Positions 38,528 through 48,793 of a stretch of 64,000 nucleotides of DNA are shown here, piece after piece. The stretch's first letter is position 1. Each line of letters begins with the position of its first letter. A program made the position numbers and the translations under genes. Under the pieces are notes generated by a model. The model did not search any database and had not been told where the DNA came from. It saw only the letters and a list, made by a program, of their open reading frames with translations. Source of the DNA: Minisyncoccota bacterium (GTDB lineage: Bacteria > Patescibacteriota > Minisyncoccia > Phycocordibacterales > UBA2100); assembly GCA_965267345.1 (NCBI GenBank), contig OZ253947.1, forward strand, positions 398,665 to 462,664, read 5' to 3'.

Positions 38528-40909
38528 CTATATTTCTATTTCGCAGACTCCCCCTGCACACGCGAGTTCGCGCTTCACATCAGTTTCGTCGCGCTGCTCA
38601 TACGTGAGTAATTTCGCGTAGTCGATGTTTTGCACGGTTTTGAGCATACGCTCATACGCCGCCTTATCAATTGGCTCGTACGGCGCCAGTCGGTATACGT
38701 GGTCGAATCGCGGCAAGAATGAAAGACCACCGACGATATCCCAGTTTTCATACACCCAGTTGGCAACTTGAATCCACTCATCGTTACCGACGGATACCGT
38801 CACCGATGGGTTGTGCTCAGTGTAGTTGAGCTTCACGTCTTTCCAGTGCTCGAGCTGATCGAGTGCGGTGAGGTCGTCTTTGAGGATCGCCCCGTCCGGT
38901 GCCTTAACGGGGAATTCGAGTACAAACGTGTTGGCATTTTCCATCGTCTGCCCTACTTCCGGATGATACGGCACACCTTGATCGCGTACGAGTTTAAAGA
39001 GCGAGTCAGTTGCCGAGATGCGGATGCGACGAATGTAGTACTGCGAGTGACGCGGGTGCATACCTGATGCACAATCGAATGTCTGTGAGACAGTACCTGA
39101 TGGCTTAACACAGGTTGTTGCACTCGACTGCTGAATACCAAGGCGTTTCGCGTACTTTTTATTTGTCTTATTTACTTCCTCTTTCAACTTTTTCAACACG
39201 CTTGGCTTGCGCACCATGTCGGAATCCCACTGCCCCGTCAGCGAGACACCAAGGAGTCGCTCGCTTTCGCAGTTCTTCTTCCACTCATCTGAGAGGTAAT
39301 TGAAGTTCGTCAGCGATGATTGGTACGTACCAAGAATGGTGGCAATGCGTGCTTTGCGCAGCAGTGTTTTTTCGCTATCGCCTCGGCGCGCGATAACTTC
39401 TGAGAGGTTACAGAATTGCTTCGACTGTAGAATGATTTCGCCACACGGATTAGTACCGAGGTTACCGATCTCACCTGCCCATTCAATATCCTTATACTTT
39501 TTCTTGAGGAGGTTAACACGACGCTCAGGAAGCGTATCGATGAGGTTGCCACGATTGAAGATGCCGCGCTCACCGGTTCCACTCTTCATCAGTGCGACCC
39601 ACTCATCCATGAAGGCCTCAGTGTCGGGACGCTCTTCATACACTGCTGAGTTATTTGAGATTGAGCGGTGCGGGTCAGTCATGTAGAACTGGCCTTTCTT
39701 CGCGTCACGCATTGCGTCGTCATCCAAATCAGACAGACTAATCATCGCGCTACGGCGCACGCCGCCGGCAACCACACACTCTCCAATTTTACAGATGATA
39801 TCGTGTGCATCGATATTACGCAGACGACGCCCTTGTCGGTCAAGAATACGCTCACGCGCAAATTGCATGAGGCTTCGGAGTGGCTCAGGACCCGAGCTTT
39901 TACCGCCCATTGTTTTGAGTCGCGCACCGGCCGGTCGAATCTTTGAGTAGTCGAAGTGGATGTCTTTGCCGTTGTACCACGTCTTCAAACCAAGTGTCAG
40001 TGCATCACACCACCCTTCCTTCGAGTCGCCGACAACGTGCGTTTTTACCGTCTCGCCCGTTTGCTTTTTAATTTGCGGTAACTGCTGAATGTTCTGACTC
40101 TCCACGGCAAATCCCACACCTGTACCACACATGGACAAGTACATAATTTCTGCAAAGTCCTCAATTTGTGTTGGCGCAATGAATGAACAGTTGTACGCCG
40201 CAACGTTACAACGACGCGCTGCGTGGCCGGCAAACTGCATCAAACGCATTGACGGCATCACTTCCTGTTTGAGAATTGCTTCACGCACCTCGGCGTACTC
40301 CTTGTCAGTGAGCTTTTTTCCGAGATTCTCGCGCATGAAATTGATGTAGCGATCTACCGTTTCAATCCATGTCTCGCGCCTATTTTCTTCCGGAATCCAT
40401 CGTGCATACGTGCGCAAATACACAAATTCACCAAGCGGGTTCTCTTTGAAGTACTTCTTACTCTCCTCGGTGAGCTTGCGTACGTGCTCAGGCACCTGCA
40501 CACCGTCGTCGAGCCGTCGTTTTGCGCGCTCGGCGCGGTAGAGGATGTACGCTTTTGCGGTGTCAACGTAGTCAGAGAGAATCAGTTGACGCTCCACTTC
40601 GTCTTGTGTCCCCTCAACCGTGGGAAGAAAGTCTTTGTGCTTGCGCGCAGTGCGCACCAAATCGCTCACGACGCGGTGTGCCACCATCGTCGCCTCTTCA
40701 GAAGAGCCCTCCCCCGTTACCGCCATCGCTTTGGTGATGGCCCGCTCAATTTTTTCAAAGTCGAACGGTACAATACGCCCATCGCGCTTGCGTACTTTCG
40801 GAACAAATTTGTTGTATCGCCCCTGCTGCGTTGCGGTTAATGATGAGCCTGAGCTCTTTTTAGAGCGAGTCGTCTTTTCGCTCTTCATGGATGAAGATTT
40901 CTTAGTCAT
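38528..40909 (-). CDS. nrdJ: Class II (AdoCbl) ribonucleotide reductase with N-terminal ATP cone
   Basis: VRKRDGR..FD ATP cone, GGVRRSA, TNPCGEI, VKPSGT, C-terminal CAGGVCE. Confidence 0.9.
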   Translation of the reverse strand: MTKKSSSMKSEKTTRSKKSSGSSLTATQQGRYNKFVPKVRKRDGRIVPFDFEKIERAITKAMAVTGEGSSEEATMVAHRVVSDLVRTARKHKDFLPTVEGTQDEVERQLILSDYVDTAKAYILYRAERAKRRLDDGVQVPEHVRKLTEESKKYFKENPLGEFVYLRTYARWIPEENRRETWIETVDRYINFMRENLGKKLTDKEYAEVREAILKQEVMPSMRLMQFAGHAARRCNVAAYNCSFIAPTQIEDFAEIMYLSMCGTGVGFAVESQNIQQLPQIKKQTGETVKTHVVGDSKEGWCDALTLGLKTWYNGKDIHFDYSKIRPAGARLKTMGGKSSGPEPLRSLMQFARERILDRQGRRLRNIDAHDIICKIGECVVAGGVRRSAMISLSDLDDDAMRDAKKGQFYMTDPHRSISNNSAVYEERPDTEAFMDEWVALMKSGTGERGIFNRGNLIDTLPERRVNLLKKKYKDIEWAGEIGNLGTNPCGEIILQSKQFCNLSEVIARRGDSEKTLLRKARIATILGTYQSSLTNFNYLSDEWKKNCESERLLGVSLTGQWDSDMVRKPSVLKKLKEEVNKTNKKYAKRLGIQQSSATTCVKPSGTVSQTFDCASGMHPRHSQYYIRRIRISATDSLFKLVRDQGVPYHPEVGQTMENANTFVLEFPVKAPDGAILKDDLTALDQLEHWKDVKLNYTEHNPSVTVSVGNDEWIQVANWVYENWDIVGGLSFLPRFDHVYRLAPYEPIDKAAYERMLKTVQNIDYAKLLTYEQRDETDVKRELACAGGVCEIEI

Positions 40910-40995
40910 GCGCGCACATTATGTTAGTTGCTAAGCGTCGTTCAAGTAACCTTTTTCATTCTACAACTTTGCACGCCGACCCGAGCATCTCTTTC

Positions 40996-41004
40996 TGTGG
41001 AAAA
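40996..41004 (-). promoter_or_regulatory. DnaA-box match upstream of nrdJ
   Basis: TTTTCCACA fits TTWTNCACA. Confidence 0.35.
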
Positions 41005-41045
41005 CAGACGAAAATGCGCAATAAGCTACATCCAAGCGCGTGTGT

Positions 41046-41543
41046 CTAGAGTCCGAGGCGGTCGAGACCCTCGACACGATCACCGATATCGATGTTGTAC
41101 ACCTCCGAAAAGCCCCCCACGACCTCCAAAATGTAGGTCGCGTCAGCGTCGGGCTCGAACACATCCGGATATGACTCAGGTTGTGCATTCTTCCATGCAT
41201 CAACAATCACACCCTGCTCGTTGAGCCAGTACACATCAAGTGGGAAGCGCATACCGCGCATCCAAATGGCGTAGCGTCCCGCCGCTTCAAAGACAAACAA
41301 TAGTCCCTGATCCGGCGGTAGTGTCGCCCGACCGGACAGACCTTGGACACGCTCTGCCTCACTGTCGGCAATTTCAACTCGGAGCGGTGTGCCATCGATC
41401 GTGATGGTATGCAGTCCCGTGAGTCCCGACACACCGCCGTTAGTAGTACTATCGCCGCCGAGGAACCCCAGAGAAAAGAGCCCGACGAGCCCTGCAATCA
41501 GGATAACGACACTAATGAGTATTGGCTTGTCAGCGTCGTACAT
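41046..41543 (-). CDS. DUF192 family protein
   Basis: VEIADS..ER..GLSGR, GLLFVF, IWMRGMRFPLD. Confidence 0.9.
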   Translation of the reverse strand: MYDADKPILISVVILIAGLVGLFSLGFLGGDSTTNGGVSGLTGLHTITIDGTPLRVEIADSEAERVQGLSGRATLPPDQGLLFVFEAAGRYAIWMRGMRFPLDVYWLNEQGVIVDAWKNAQPESYPDVFEPDADATYILEVVGGFSEVYNIDIGDRVEGLDRLGL

Positions 41544-41590
41544 GCGCTCTTAGTATAGCAAAAGTGTCACTCGTCGTGCACAATACGCAC

Positions 41591-42301
41591 ATGGATACCA
41601 TTACCTACCCCGTACGCATTAATCGCTACCTATATCAAAAGAAGATTTGCTCGCGACGCGAAGCTGACCGCCTCATCGAGGCCGGAAAGGTATTCGTGAA
41701 CGGCACACCGGCAGTACTCGGTCAGCAGGTGCACGAGGGCGACACCGTCACCGTGTCTGGCGATGTTACATCGCGACGCTACCGCTACGTGCTGTATCAC
41801 AAACCGCGCGGCATCGTGAGCCATAACCCGCAGCGCGACGAAAAAAGTATTCATGACGTGGTACAGCTCAATGCGCGCATGGTACCCATTGGTCGCCTCG
41901 ACAAGGAGTCACGCGGATTAATGCTCCTCTCTGATGACGGCCGTATCGTACACACACTTTTGAGTCCCGAATATGAACACGAGCGCACGTATGACGTCAC
42001 TGTCGACAAATACGTCAAAGAGCAGGCGCTCAAACGCCTCGCCCGCGGCGTATCTATCGAAGGGTACGTGACCAAGCCGGCACAGGTCACACGCATTGAT
42101 GATACGCGATTTCGCCTGACACTCACCGAAGGAAAAAAGCATCAAGTTCGCCGTATGTGTGCAGCCCTTGGCTACACGGTGACCGACTTGCAGCGCGTCA
42201 GCATACTCCATCTGCCACTTGATGTACCTGAGGGAGCACTTCGTGACCTCACACCTGCCGAGGAGGCGGCATTGCTCCGCGCAGCCGGTATTACGACGTA
42301 G
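41591..42301 (+). CDS. RsuA/RluF-family pseudouridine synthase with S4 domain
   Basis: CSRREAD, GRLDKES, EGKKHQVRRM. Confidence 0.93.
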   Translation: MDTITYPVRINRYLYQKKICSRREADRLIEAGKVFVNGTPAVLGQQVHEGDTVTVSGDVTSRRYRYVLYHKPRGIVSHNPQRDEKSIHDVVQLNARMVPIGRLDKESRGLMLLSDDGRIVHTLLSPEYEHERTYDVTVDKYVKEQALKRLARGVSIEGYVTKPAQVTRIDDTRFRLTLTEGKKHQVRRMCAALGYTVTDLQRVSILHLPLDVPEGALRDLTPAEEAALLRAAGITT

Positions 42302-42303
42302 CG

Positions 42304-42912
42304 TTACTCGAACGCACTCTGCGGCATAAGCGCGTAGTACCAGAGCGCCACGGCTTCGCGAAATACAAAAAACAGCTCGCGTGAGTACCGCCCCTGCCGA
42401 TACTCGCTTCCCTGCAGCTCATAGTCCCGCACGTCGTAACGCTGCGCGAGCATATGAATGCGCGCTAAGTGAAAGTCATTTGATACGAGCACGTAGGAAC
42501 GGTCGGGAGTGAGATGAGCAAGTGTCTGCTGCGTATTCACACCATGGTAATCAGCTTCGATATCTTCGTCAGCAACGCCGCGCTCTCGTGCGACATCGTA
42601 CATCACGTCCACTTCGTGCCGTCCGTACACTGACGGCGCTCCTGAAAAAATGAGGCACGACACGGCACCCTCTTCGTATATATCAACCGCTTCATGGACA
42701 CGGTCAGAGAGTGCGTGCGAAGCAACACCACCGGGCCAGACTGCAGCGCCAAATACAACGGCACACGTATGTGCGCCAGATGCCTGTGCGTCGTAAAACG
42801 AGACGATATACAAAATGGTGCCGCCGATAGTAAATACACACAGGCTAATGACACCGATGAGGTATGTTCCGATTTTTTTCACGCGAGTGTTCAGTGTAGC
42901 ACTCTCACGCAC
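42304..42912 (-). CDS. YdcF/SanA (DUF218) protein
   Basis: VFGAAV, IFSG, VSNDFHLAR, RE. Confidence 0.85.
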   Translation of the reverse strand: MRESATLNTRVKKIGTYLIGVISLCVFTIGGTILYIVSFYDAQASGAHTCAVVFGAAVWPGGVASHALSDRVHEAVDIYEEGAVSCLIFSGAPSVYGRHEVDVMYDVARERGVADEDIEADYHGVNTQQTLAHLTPDRSYVLVSNDFHLARIHMLAQRYDVRDYELQGSEYRQGRYSRELFFVFREAVALWYYALMPQSAFE

Positions 42913-43499
42913 TACCGACGAGAGGTGTCGTCAGCGGCACGCTCGGCAACACGCGCAAGCATGCGATTCCGCGACACGTCGTCCCGTCGTTTAAACATCT
43001 CCGAGAAAATATCAAATGAGAGCAAATCAATGCCACAAAATCCGAGTACACCGTGTTTCCAGCGCTGCGCTGCGGCAAAACGGAAGAGAAAATAGACCCA
43101 CCACGCCCCGTCGGCTGTCGCAAAGATGCGTGCGACACGACCTTCAAGCAATTCGTGGCGCAATCCGCCCTTTTCGTACTTGTACGCAAATCCTGACGAA
43201 AAGTTTTGATCGAGAAAGTTTTTTAAAATTGCGGGCGGTCCGAACCACCAAATAGGAAAGACAAACACAACTTCCTGTGCCCATAATATTTTTTCCTGAA
43301 TCAGTTTGTGTGTCGCATTTGGCTCGCAGTCAGTCTTTATGTTTTCGAAAGCAAGAAATGGTTGTGCGTACTTCTTTTTGTACAAGTCCATTATGAAGAC
43401 CGTATCCCCGCACTTCTCTTTCTCCTGCTTATAGCGATTCGCAATTTTGTGCGTAAAGCCATATGAAGCGGGGTGAGCCGTCACAATGAGCACGTTCAT
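42912..43499 (-). CDS. NAD(P)H-dependent quinone oxidoreductase (flavodoxin-like fold)
   Basis: AHP, FPIWW..PPAILKNFLD. Confidence 0.9.
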   Translation of the reverse strand: MNVLIVTAHPASYGFTHKIANRYKQEKEKCGDTVFIMDLYKKKYAQPFLAFENIKTDCEPNATHKLIQEKILWAQEVVFVFPIWWFGPPAILKNFLDQNFSSGFAYKYEKGGLRHELLEGRVARIFATADGAWWVYFLFRFAAAQRWKHGVLGFCGIDLLSFDIFSEMFKRRDDVSRNRMLARVAERAADDTSRR

Positions 43500-43553
43500 G
43501 CATGTATTGTACGGCGGATCGCACCGTCATGCGAAACGCGTATGTGGACGAAG

Positions 43554-44738
43554 CTAAAAACGTTCCAGCTCGATGCGTGCAAACATGTCACGTGTGAGTG
43601 CATTGCTGTCGTATGCACGCTCCGCGGCGTGCACATCAGCAAGATACGCACTGGTAGCCGGCTTGCGTGGCATAAAAAGTGTGCAGGTATCATCATGCCG
43701 CTGGAGTGAAATATCATGCGTTCCAATGTGCTTCGCGCGCGCAATGATTTCATTTTTATGCATACCTGCGAGCGGACGCAGTACCGGAAGTGAGGTTGCG
43801 TCTTCAATAGCGCCAATATTTTCAAGTGTTTGCGATGCGACCTGCCCCACCGACTCACCCGTTATGAGTGCGGCGGCACCGTGTGCCTGTGCCCACTTTT
43901 CCGCCACACGCATCATGGCTCGTCGGTACAGAATCACCCGCAGTTTTTCCGGTGCTGCAAAGGCAATAGCTTTTTGCGCTTCAAGAAACGGCACCATGGC
44001 AAGCGTCAGCGGACCGCACGACGTGCGCAACACATTCGCTATGCTGCGCACCTTCTCGCGCGCCGCATCGGAAGTCTGTGGGTATGCGTGAAAATGCATA
44101 AGCATCGGTGTGACGCCACGTGTCGCACACATCCACGCCGCCACCGGCGAATCGAATCCTCCCGACAGAAGTGCGACACCCGCACCAACTGACCCGACCG
44201 GCAGCCCCGATACACCGCGGTGTTTTGCGTAGAGATGCACCTCGTTATGAAAAACGTCAACGCACAGGGTGAGGTCTGAGTTGGTGAGCTGCACGCGTGC
44301 ACTGTCGCCTAGACTCAGACGCACTGCCTCCCCAAGGGCTACTTCAATATCGTGTGATGTATGCGGAAATGCTTTATCGAGCCGGCGGGCCGTAACGCGA
44401 AATGTCGTAAATGTGCCCGCAAGCTCCTGTGCATATGCCGCTGCCTGCTCCTCCATCTGCTCAAGTGTCGGCTGCACGCGATAGCCAATGCCATACACGG
44501 CGACACCCGGCGTGTGTGCAAGCACATCAGCAACTGCCGTCCGCATATCGTCCGGCCACGGAGTGGGCGCATCGTGGGGCCGAATCGTAATACGTCCCCA
44601 GCGATTCTCGACGGTCATCGGATACCCACGGAATGAGAGGTTTTCCGCAATGGCGCGTGCCAGTGCGCGCTCAAACCGGTCACGATTCGCGCCCTTCAGT
44701 GCAATGTCGTCGTAGTGTACGATGCCAATCATTTCCAT
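43554..44738 (-). CDS. thiI: tRNA 4-thiouridine synthase ThiI (no rhodanese domain)
   Basis: LKGANR, THUMP domain, LLSGGFDS, GESVGQVASQTL. Confidence 0.95.
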   Translation of the reverse strand: MEMIGIVHYDDIALKGANRDRFERALARAIAENLSFRGYPMTVENRWGRITIRPHDAPTPWPDDMRTAVADVLAHTPGVAVYGIGYRVQPTLEQMEEQAAAYAQELAGTFTTFRVTARRLDKAFPHTSHDIEVALGEAVRLSLGDSARVQLTNSDLTLCVDVFHNEVHLYAKHRGVSGLPVGSVGAGVALLSGGFDSPVAAWMCATRGVTPMLMHFHAYPQTSDAAREKVRSIANVLRTSCGPLTLAMVPFLEAQKAIAFAAPEKLRVILYRRAMMRVAEKWAQAHGAAALITGESVGQVASQTLENIGAIEDATSLPVLRPLAGMHKNEIIARAKHIGTHDISLQRHDDTCTLFMPRKPATSAYLADVHAAERAYDSNALTRDMFARIELERF

Positions 44739-44773
44739 GGCGGTACTCTAGCACACTATGGTATTATCCGGCG

Positions 44774-45958
44774 ATGAGCGTCGCATTTTCAGATCGCATT
44801 CAAAAAGTACCGACATCGTTTCTCCGCGAGGTATTCAAGGTGATCGCCGATGAGCGCATCATCTCGTTTGGTGGCGGTCTGCCAAACCCGCACCTCTTCC
44901 CGACGGACGCCTTCGCGCGCGCGGCTGACGCAACACTGCGCGAGGCACCGCACGCTGCGCTTCAGTACAGCACAACCGAAGGAATCCCCGAGTTGCGCGA
45001 AATTATTGCTGCTTCGTATGCGCGTAAAGACGGTATCGGCATCCACCCCGATGAAGTCATTATCACTAATGGCTCACAACAAGGACTCGACCTGCTCGGC
45101 AAAGCACTCATCAACAAAGGTGACACCGTTATGGTTGAAGACCCGACCTACCTCGCAGCCTTACAGGCGTTTTCAATGTATCAGGCAACTTTTATACCCG
45201 TACCACTTCGCGAATCGGGTATGGACACAGAGGTACTCGCAGCAACACTGAGTGAACACGGAAACCCAAAACTGCTGTACACTATTCCGAATTTTCATAA
45301 CCCCAGCGGCATCACCTACGACGAACACACACGACAGCGCGTCGCGCAGTCCATTAATCCCGAAGAAACGCTTCTGATAGAAGACGATCCGTACGGCGAA
45401 ATACGCTTTGAGGGAGAACGCGGTACCCCGTTTGCCAAGCTCACTCCGAGTGCAGTGCTCCTCGGATCATTTTCAAAAATTGTCGCACCGGGAGTGCGAC
45501 TGGGGTGGATAGTGGTACGTGACCCGGCACTGCGCGCAAAAGTGTACACGGCAAAGCAAGCTTCGGACCTGCACTCCAGTACGCTCATACAGCACATGGT
45601 GTATCGCTACTACCGCGATAATGACAGCGATGCGCACGTGCGCGATATTGCCGCAGCCTATAAAGAACAGCGCGATGTCATGCTGAAGGCATTTGACGAA
45701 TATCTTGGCGATCGTGCGAGCTACACAACACCGCAGGGTGGCATGTTTACGTGGGTCACGCTCCCTGAGCACATTGATGCAATGCAGCTGTTTGATCTGG
45801 CAATCGACGAGGGTGTGGCATTTGTTCCAGGCGAGGCATTCTTTACGGGACCCGCACAGAAAAACACCATGCGCGTTAACTACACAAACTCAACACCTGA
45901 GGAAATTCGGGAGGGCGTACAGCGCCTTACGCGCGCCATTGACCGCTACGACGCGTAG
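44774..45958 (+). CDS. PLP-dependent class I aminotransferase (LysN/MocR-like)
   Basis: ISFGGGLP, NFHNPSG, EDDPY, GSFSKIVAPGVRLG. Confidence 0.92.
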   Translation: MSVAFSDRIQKVPTSFLREVFKVIADERIISFGGGLPNPHLFPTDAFARAADATLREAPHAALQYSTTEGIPELREIIAASYARKDGIGIHPDEVIITNGSQQGLDLLGKALINKGDTVMVEDPTYLAALQAFSMYQATFIPVPLRESGMDTEVLAATLSEHGNPKLLYTIPNFHNPSGITYDEHTRQRVAQSINPEETLLIEDDPYGEIRFEGERGTPFAKLTPSAVLLGSFSKIVAPGVRLGWIVVRDPALRAKVYTAKQASDLHSSTLIQHMVYRYYRDNDSDAHVRDIAAAYKEQRDVMLKAFDEYLGDRASYTTPQGGMFTWVTLPEHIDAMQLFDLAIDEGVAFVPGEAFFTGPAQKNTMRVNYTNSTPEEIREGVQRLTRAIDRYDA

Positions 45959-46313
45959 GTACCTGCGACCACTCATTGAGCATCAGTGCAACGGCAAGTG
46001 CCGCAATGCTGATATCGCGGAAAATAATATTCATCTGCACGGTATTGAAAGCGATGATGAGTACCAAATACGCGAGTGCGATAGCACTTGGCCAAAACAC
46101 ACGCTTGCCAAAGATCAGCCACGCGGCAATCAACAGTTCAGTGATTCCAAATAGGTGCAGCACGAGCATTTCCTGACCGGCAATTGCATCAAGAAACCAT
46201 GCAGGAAAGTATCCGAGCCACGCATATGGGGTAAACCATGCCGACACGGCAGGATACACAAAGGCAAACGCGAGCCCGATGCGCAGTATCCTCTCCGTCC
46301 ATGTGCCGTACAT
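45927..46313 (-). CDS. DoxX-like membrane protein
   Basis: LRIGLAF.F, four TMs, FRDI. Confidence 0.7.
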   Translation of the reverse strand: MYGTWTERILRIGLAFAFVYPAVSAWFTPYAWLGYFPAWFLDAIAGQEMLVLHLFGITELLIAAWLIFGKRVFWPSAIALAYLVLIIAFNTVQMNIIFRDISIAALAVALMLNEWSQVPTRRSGQWRA

Positions 46314-46316
46314 ATG

Positions 46317-46814
46317 CTATTCAACGATAATTGAACCCGTGTGCGAGGCGCGTACGTGATTGTGGAATCCCCACTCACCCGCGTGTGTGAAGGTAAACTC
46401 CCAAAACTCTGCGGCCTGCAGTGGTCGACATGTATCAAATGACGTACCGAGGCAGTCATCGTCTGATGTCTCCGGATAGCGCGTATGTGTCGGATGGTCG
46501 TCACCACCAACCCACAGACCTCGTGAGCTATTGTTGACGAAACGGACCGTCTCCCCTTGTGCAATCGTCGTCACTGCAGGCTCAAATCCGTCGTCAGTGT
46601 ATGAGACCAGAGCATGAAAGACGGGATCACCTATCGGCTCTTCATCGTCTGTCGTTTCTGTCATTGTGTCAGCTGTCGTGTCGTCGTGTTCGGTTATTGC
46701 CATAGTATCGTCTGCAGTCGGTGCTTCTGCAGGTGTGTGCATAAGCATCCATACTCCAATAGCAATGACGACTGCGCCGGCAATAAGCAGTACGACTGAT
46801 AGTTTTGTTGACAT
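46317..46814 (-). CDS. Membrane-anchored cupredoxin-fold protein
   Basis: GFEP....IAQGETVRFVN, FTFTHAGEWGFHNH, GSIIVE. Confidence 0.8.
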   Translation of the reverse strand: MSTKLSVVLLIAGAVVIAIGVWMLMHTPAEAPTADDTMAITEHDDTTADTMTETTDDEEPIGDPVFHALVSYTDDGFEPAVTTIAQGETVRFVNNSSRGLWVGGDDHPTHTRYPETSDDDCLGTSFDTCRPLQAAEFWEFTFTHAGEWGFHNHVRASHTGSIIVE

Positions 46815-46835
46815 AGGTGTTACGTGTATTCGCTG

Positions 46836-47885
46836 TTAATCTTTTTTCATATGCACGTCCCGTTGTGGGAATGGAATTTCAATACCCGCTTCACGGAATT
46901 TTGCATCAACAGTCATCCGCAAATCGCTCGTCGTGCCAAACACATCCAGCGCGCTCGGTACGCGACAGTAGAGCACAAAATCCAGTGATGAGTCACCAAA
47001 GTTGATGAAAAATACTGCCGGTTCAGGATCATCCACCACTGTCTCATGTTCGCGGGCTGCCTCAAGCAGGAGTGCTTTTACTTTTTCGATATCGCTGCCA
47101 TACGCAACACCGATGTTGAGCGACACGCGTCCGGTGTCGGGTCCCGTCGTCTTGTTCGTAATTGCCTCATTGGCGATCACTGCATTCGGAATGGTCACCT
47201 CCGAGTCATCAAACGTGCGAATGCGTGTACTGCGCAGTCCGACGTTCGCGACAATGCCCATTTTTCCTGAGCCGAGCTCAACAAAGTCCCCTACTGAATA
47301 CGGTTTGTCTGCGAGAATAAACACACCCGAGATGATGTTTGCCAGCGTGTCTTTTGCGGCAAATCCAACGGCAATACCAATCACACCGGCACTGGCAAGC
47401 CATGCGGTGATATTGATGTCCCACACTAAAAAGAGTGCGTAAATTGCCGCAGCAGCGACAATAATAAAGGCAATGTTGTTAAACAGCGGCAGTGTCTGAT
47501 CGTTGACCGCTTTAAAGCGCCGTGCGTGTGCAAACTCATCAAGTACAATACGCACCGCACGCGTAATCGCGAAACCAACAATGAGCACGACAAGGCTCTG
47601 AAGTGCTTGGTCAACGAGTGCATCAACTGTTGCCGAGAGTTCGAGTCTGTTGAGTGCGAGGGCGACGCCACCGAGTAAAATAATGTAAAACACCGGACGC
47701 TGAAACGCAGCAATGAGCTTGTCATCAACATCAGTACTTGTTTTACCCGTGAGGTAGCGGACGATGCCTGAGACAAATGGCAAGACAACCAGTGCCACCA
47801 GTGCAGAGGCAGCGATAATCAGCAGTGCCTGTACGTATACGTGGTAGCCGGATAATTGCGGGATTGTTTGCAGGTATTCACTCAT
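46836..47885 (-). CDS. Small-conductance mechanosensitive channel (MscS family)
   Basis: GIAVGFAAKDTLAN, GLRSTRI, IPN, FGDSS, IPFPQR. Confidence 0.93.
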   Translation of the reverse strand: MSEYLQTIPQLSGYHVYVQALLIIAASALVALVVLPFVSGIVRYLTGKTSTDVDDKLIAAFQRPVFYIILLGGVALALNRLELSATVDALVDQALQSLVVLIVGFAITRAVRIVLDEFAHARRFKAVNDQTLPLFNNIAFIIVAAAAIYALFLVWDINITAWLASAGVIGIAVGFAAKDTLANIISGVFILADKPYSVGDFVELGSGKMGIVANVGLRSTRIRTFDDSEVTIPNAVIANEAITNKTTGPDTGRVSLNIGVAYGSDIEKVKALLLEAAREHETVVDDPEPAVFFINFGDSSLDFVLYCRVPSALDVFGTTSDLRMTVDAKFREAGIEIPFPQRDVHMKKD

Positions 47886-47936
47886 ATGCGGCCATTGTAG
47901 CACGTTCGATGCAGTGTGCATGGTATGCTTGAGGTA

Positions 47937-48317
47937 ATGAAAACGGCTGAAACAGACCCGCTCACTCCTGAAGAAGAACGCGTTATTGAACAGAAAGGTA
48001 CCGAAGCACCATTCTCTGGGGCGTTTGTAGCGCACGACGACGTGGGTACCTACCACTGCCGTAAGTGCGGCGCGGCACTATACCGCTCAGGCGATAAATT
48101 TGATGCGCACTGTGGCTGGCCGAGTTTTGACGATGAAATTGAAGGAGCGGTAGTGCGTACACTCGACGCCGATGGCGTGCGCACCGAAATCACCTGTGCT
48201 GCATGCGGCGCGCACCTCGGACACGTCTTCACCGGTGAACAACTCACTGAAAAGGATGTGCGCCATTGCGTGAATTCTATTTCGCTGACGTTTGAACCAT
48301 CTGCGCATGAAAACTGA
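47937..48317 (+). CDS. msrB: Methionine-R-sulfoxide reductase
   Basis: GTEAPF, CGWPSF, HLGHVF, RHCVNS. Confidence 0.95.
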   Translation: MKTAETDPLTPEEERVIEQKGTEAPFSGAFVAHDDVGTYHCRKCGAALYRSGDKFDAHCGWPSFDDEIEGAVVRTLDADGVRTEITCAACGAHLGHVFTGEQLTEKDVRHCVNSISLTFEPSAHEN

Positions 48318-48792
48318 GAAAGCCATATTTGCCGCAGGGTGTTTCTGGGGTGTCCAGTACCACTTCGACACACACGACGGTGTCGTGTCGACCCGTGTCG
48401 GCTACACTGGCGGCTCTGTTGAGAATCCGACGTACGAACAGGTGTGTACCGGCGACACGGGACACCGCGAAGCCATTGAAGTGCTCTTCGACCCCGACGT
48501 TACTTCTTTTGAAGCACTCGCGAGGCTCTTTTTCGAAACGCACGATTTCTCGCAAGTCGGCGGCCAAGGCCCCGACATCGGCTCGCAGTACACCTCTGCG
48601 ATCTACTACACGACAGACGAGCAAAAAAAGATCGCTGAACGACTCATTGCAGAGCTTGAAACGCACGGCAAGACCGTCACGACCGACATACTCCCCGCCG
48701 AGCCGTTTTATCCGGCAGAAGACTACCACCAGAAATACTATGAAAAGACGGGTGGTGCGCCCTACTGCCACGTCTATGTTAAACAGTTTTAG
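48307..48792 (+). CDS. msrA: Methionine-S-sulfoxide reductase
   Basis: GCFWG, GHRE, AEDYHQ. Confidence 0.96.
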   Translation: MKTEKAIFAAGCFWGVQYHFDTHDGVVSTRVGYTGGSVENPTYEQVCTGDTGHREAIEVLFDPDVTSFEALARLFFETHDFSQVGGQGPDIGSQYTSAIYYTTDEQKKIAERLIAELETHGKTVTTDILPAEPFYPAEDYHQKYYEKTGGAPYCHVYVKQF

Positions 48793-48793
48793 T

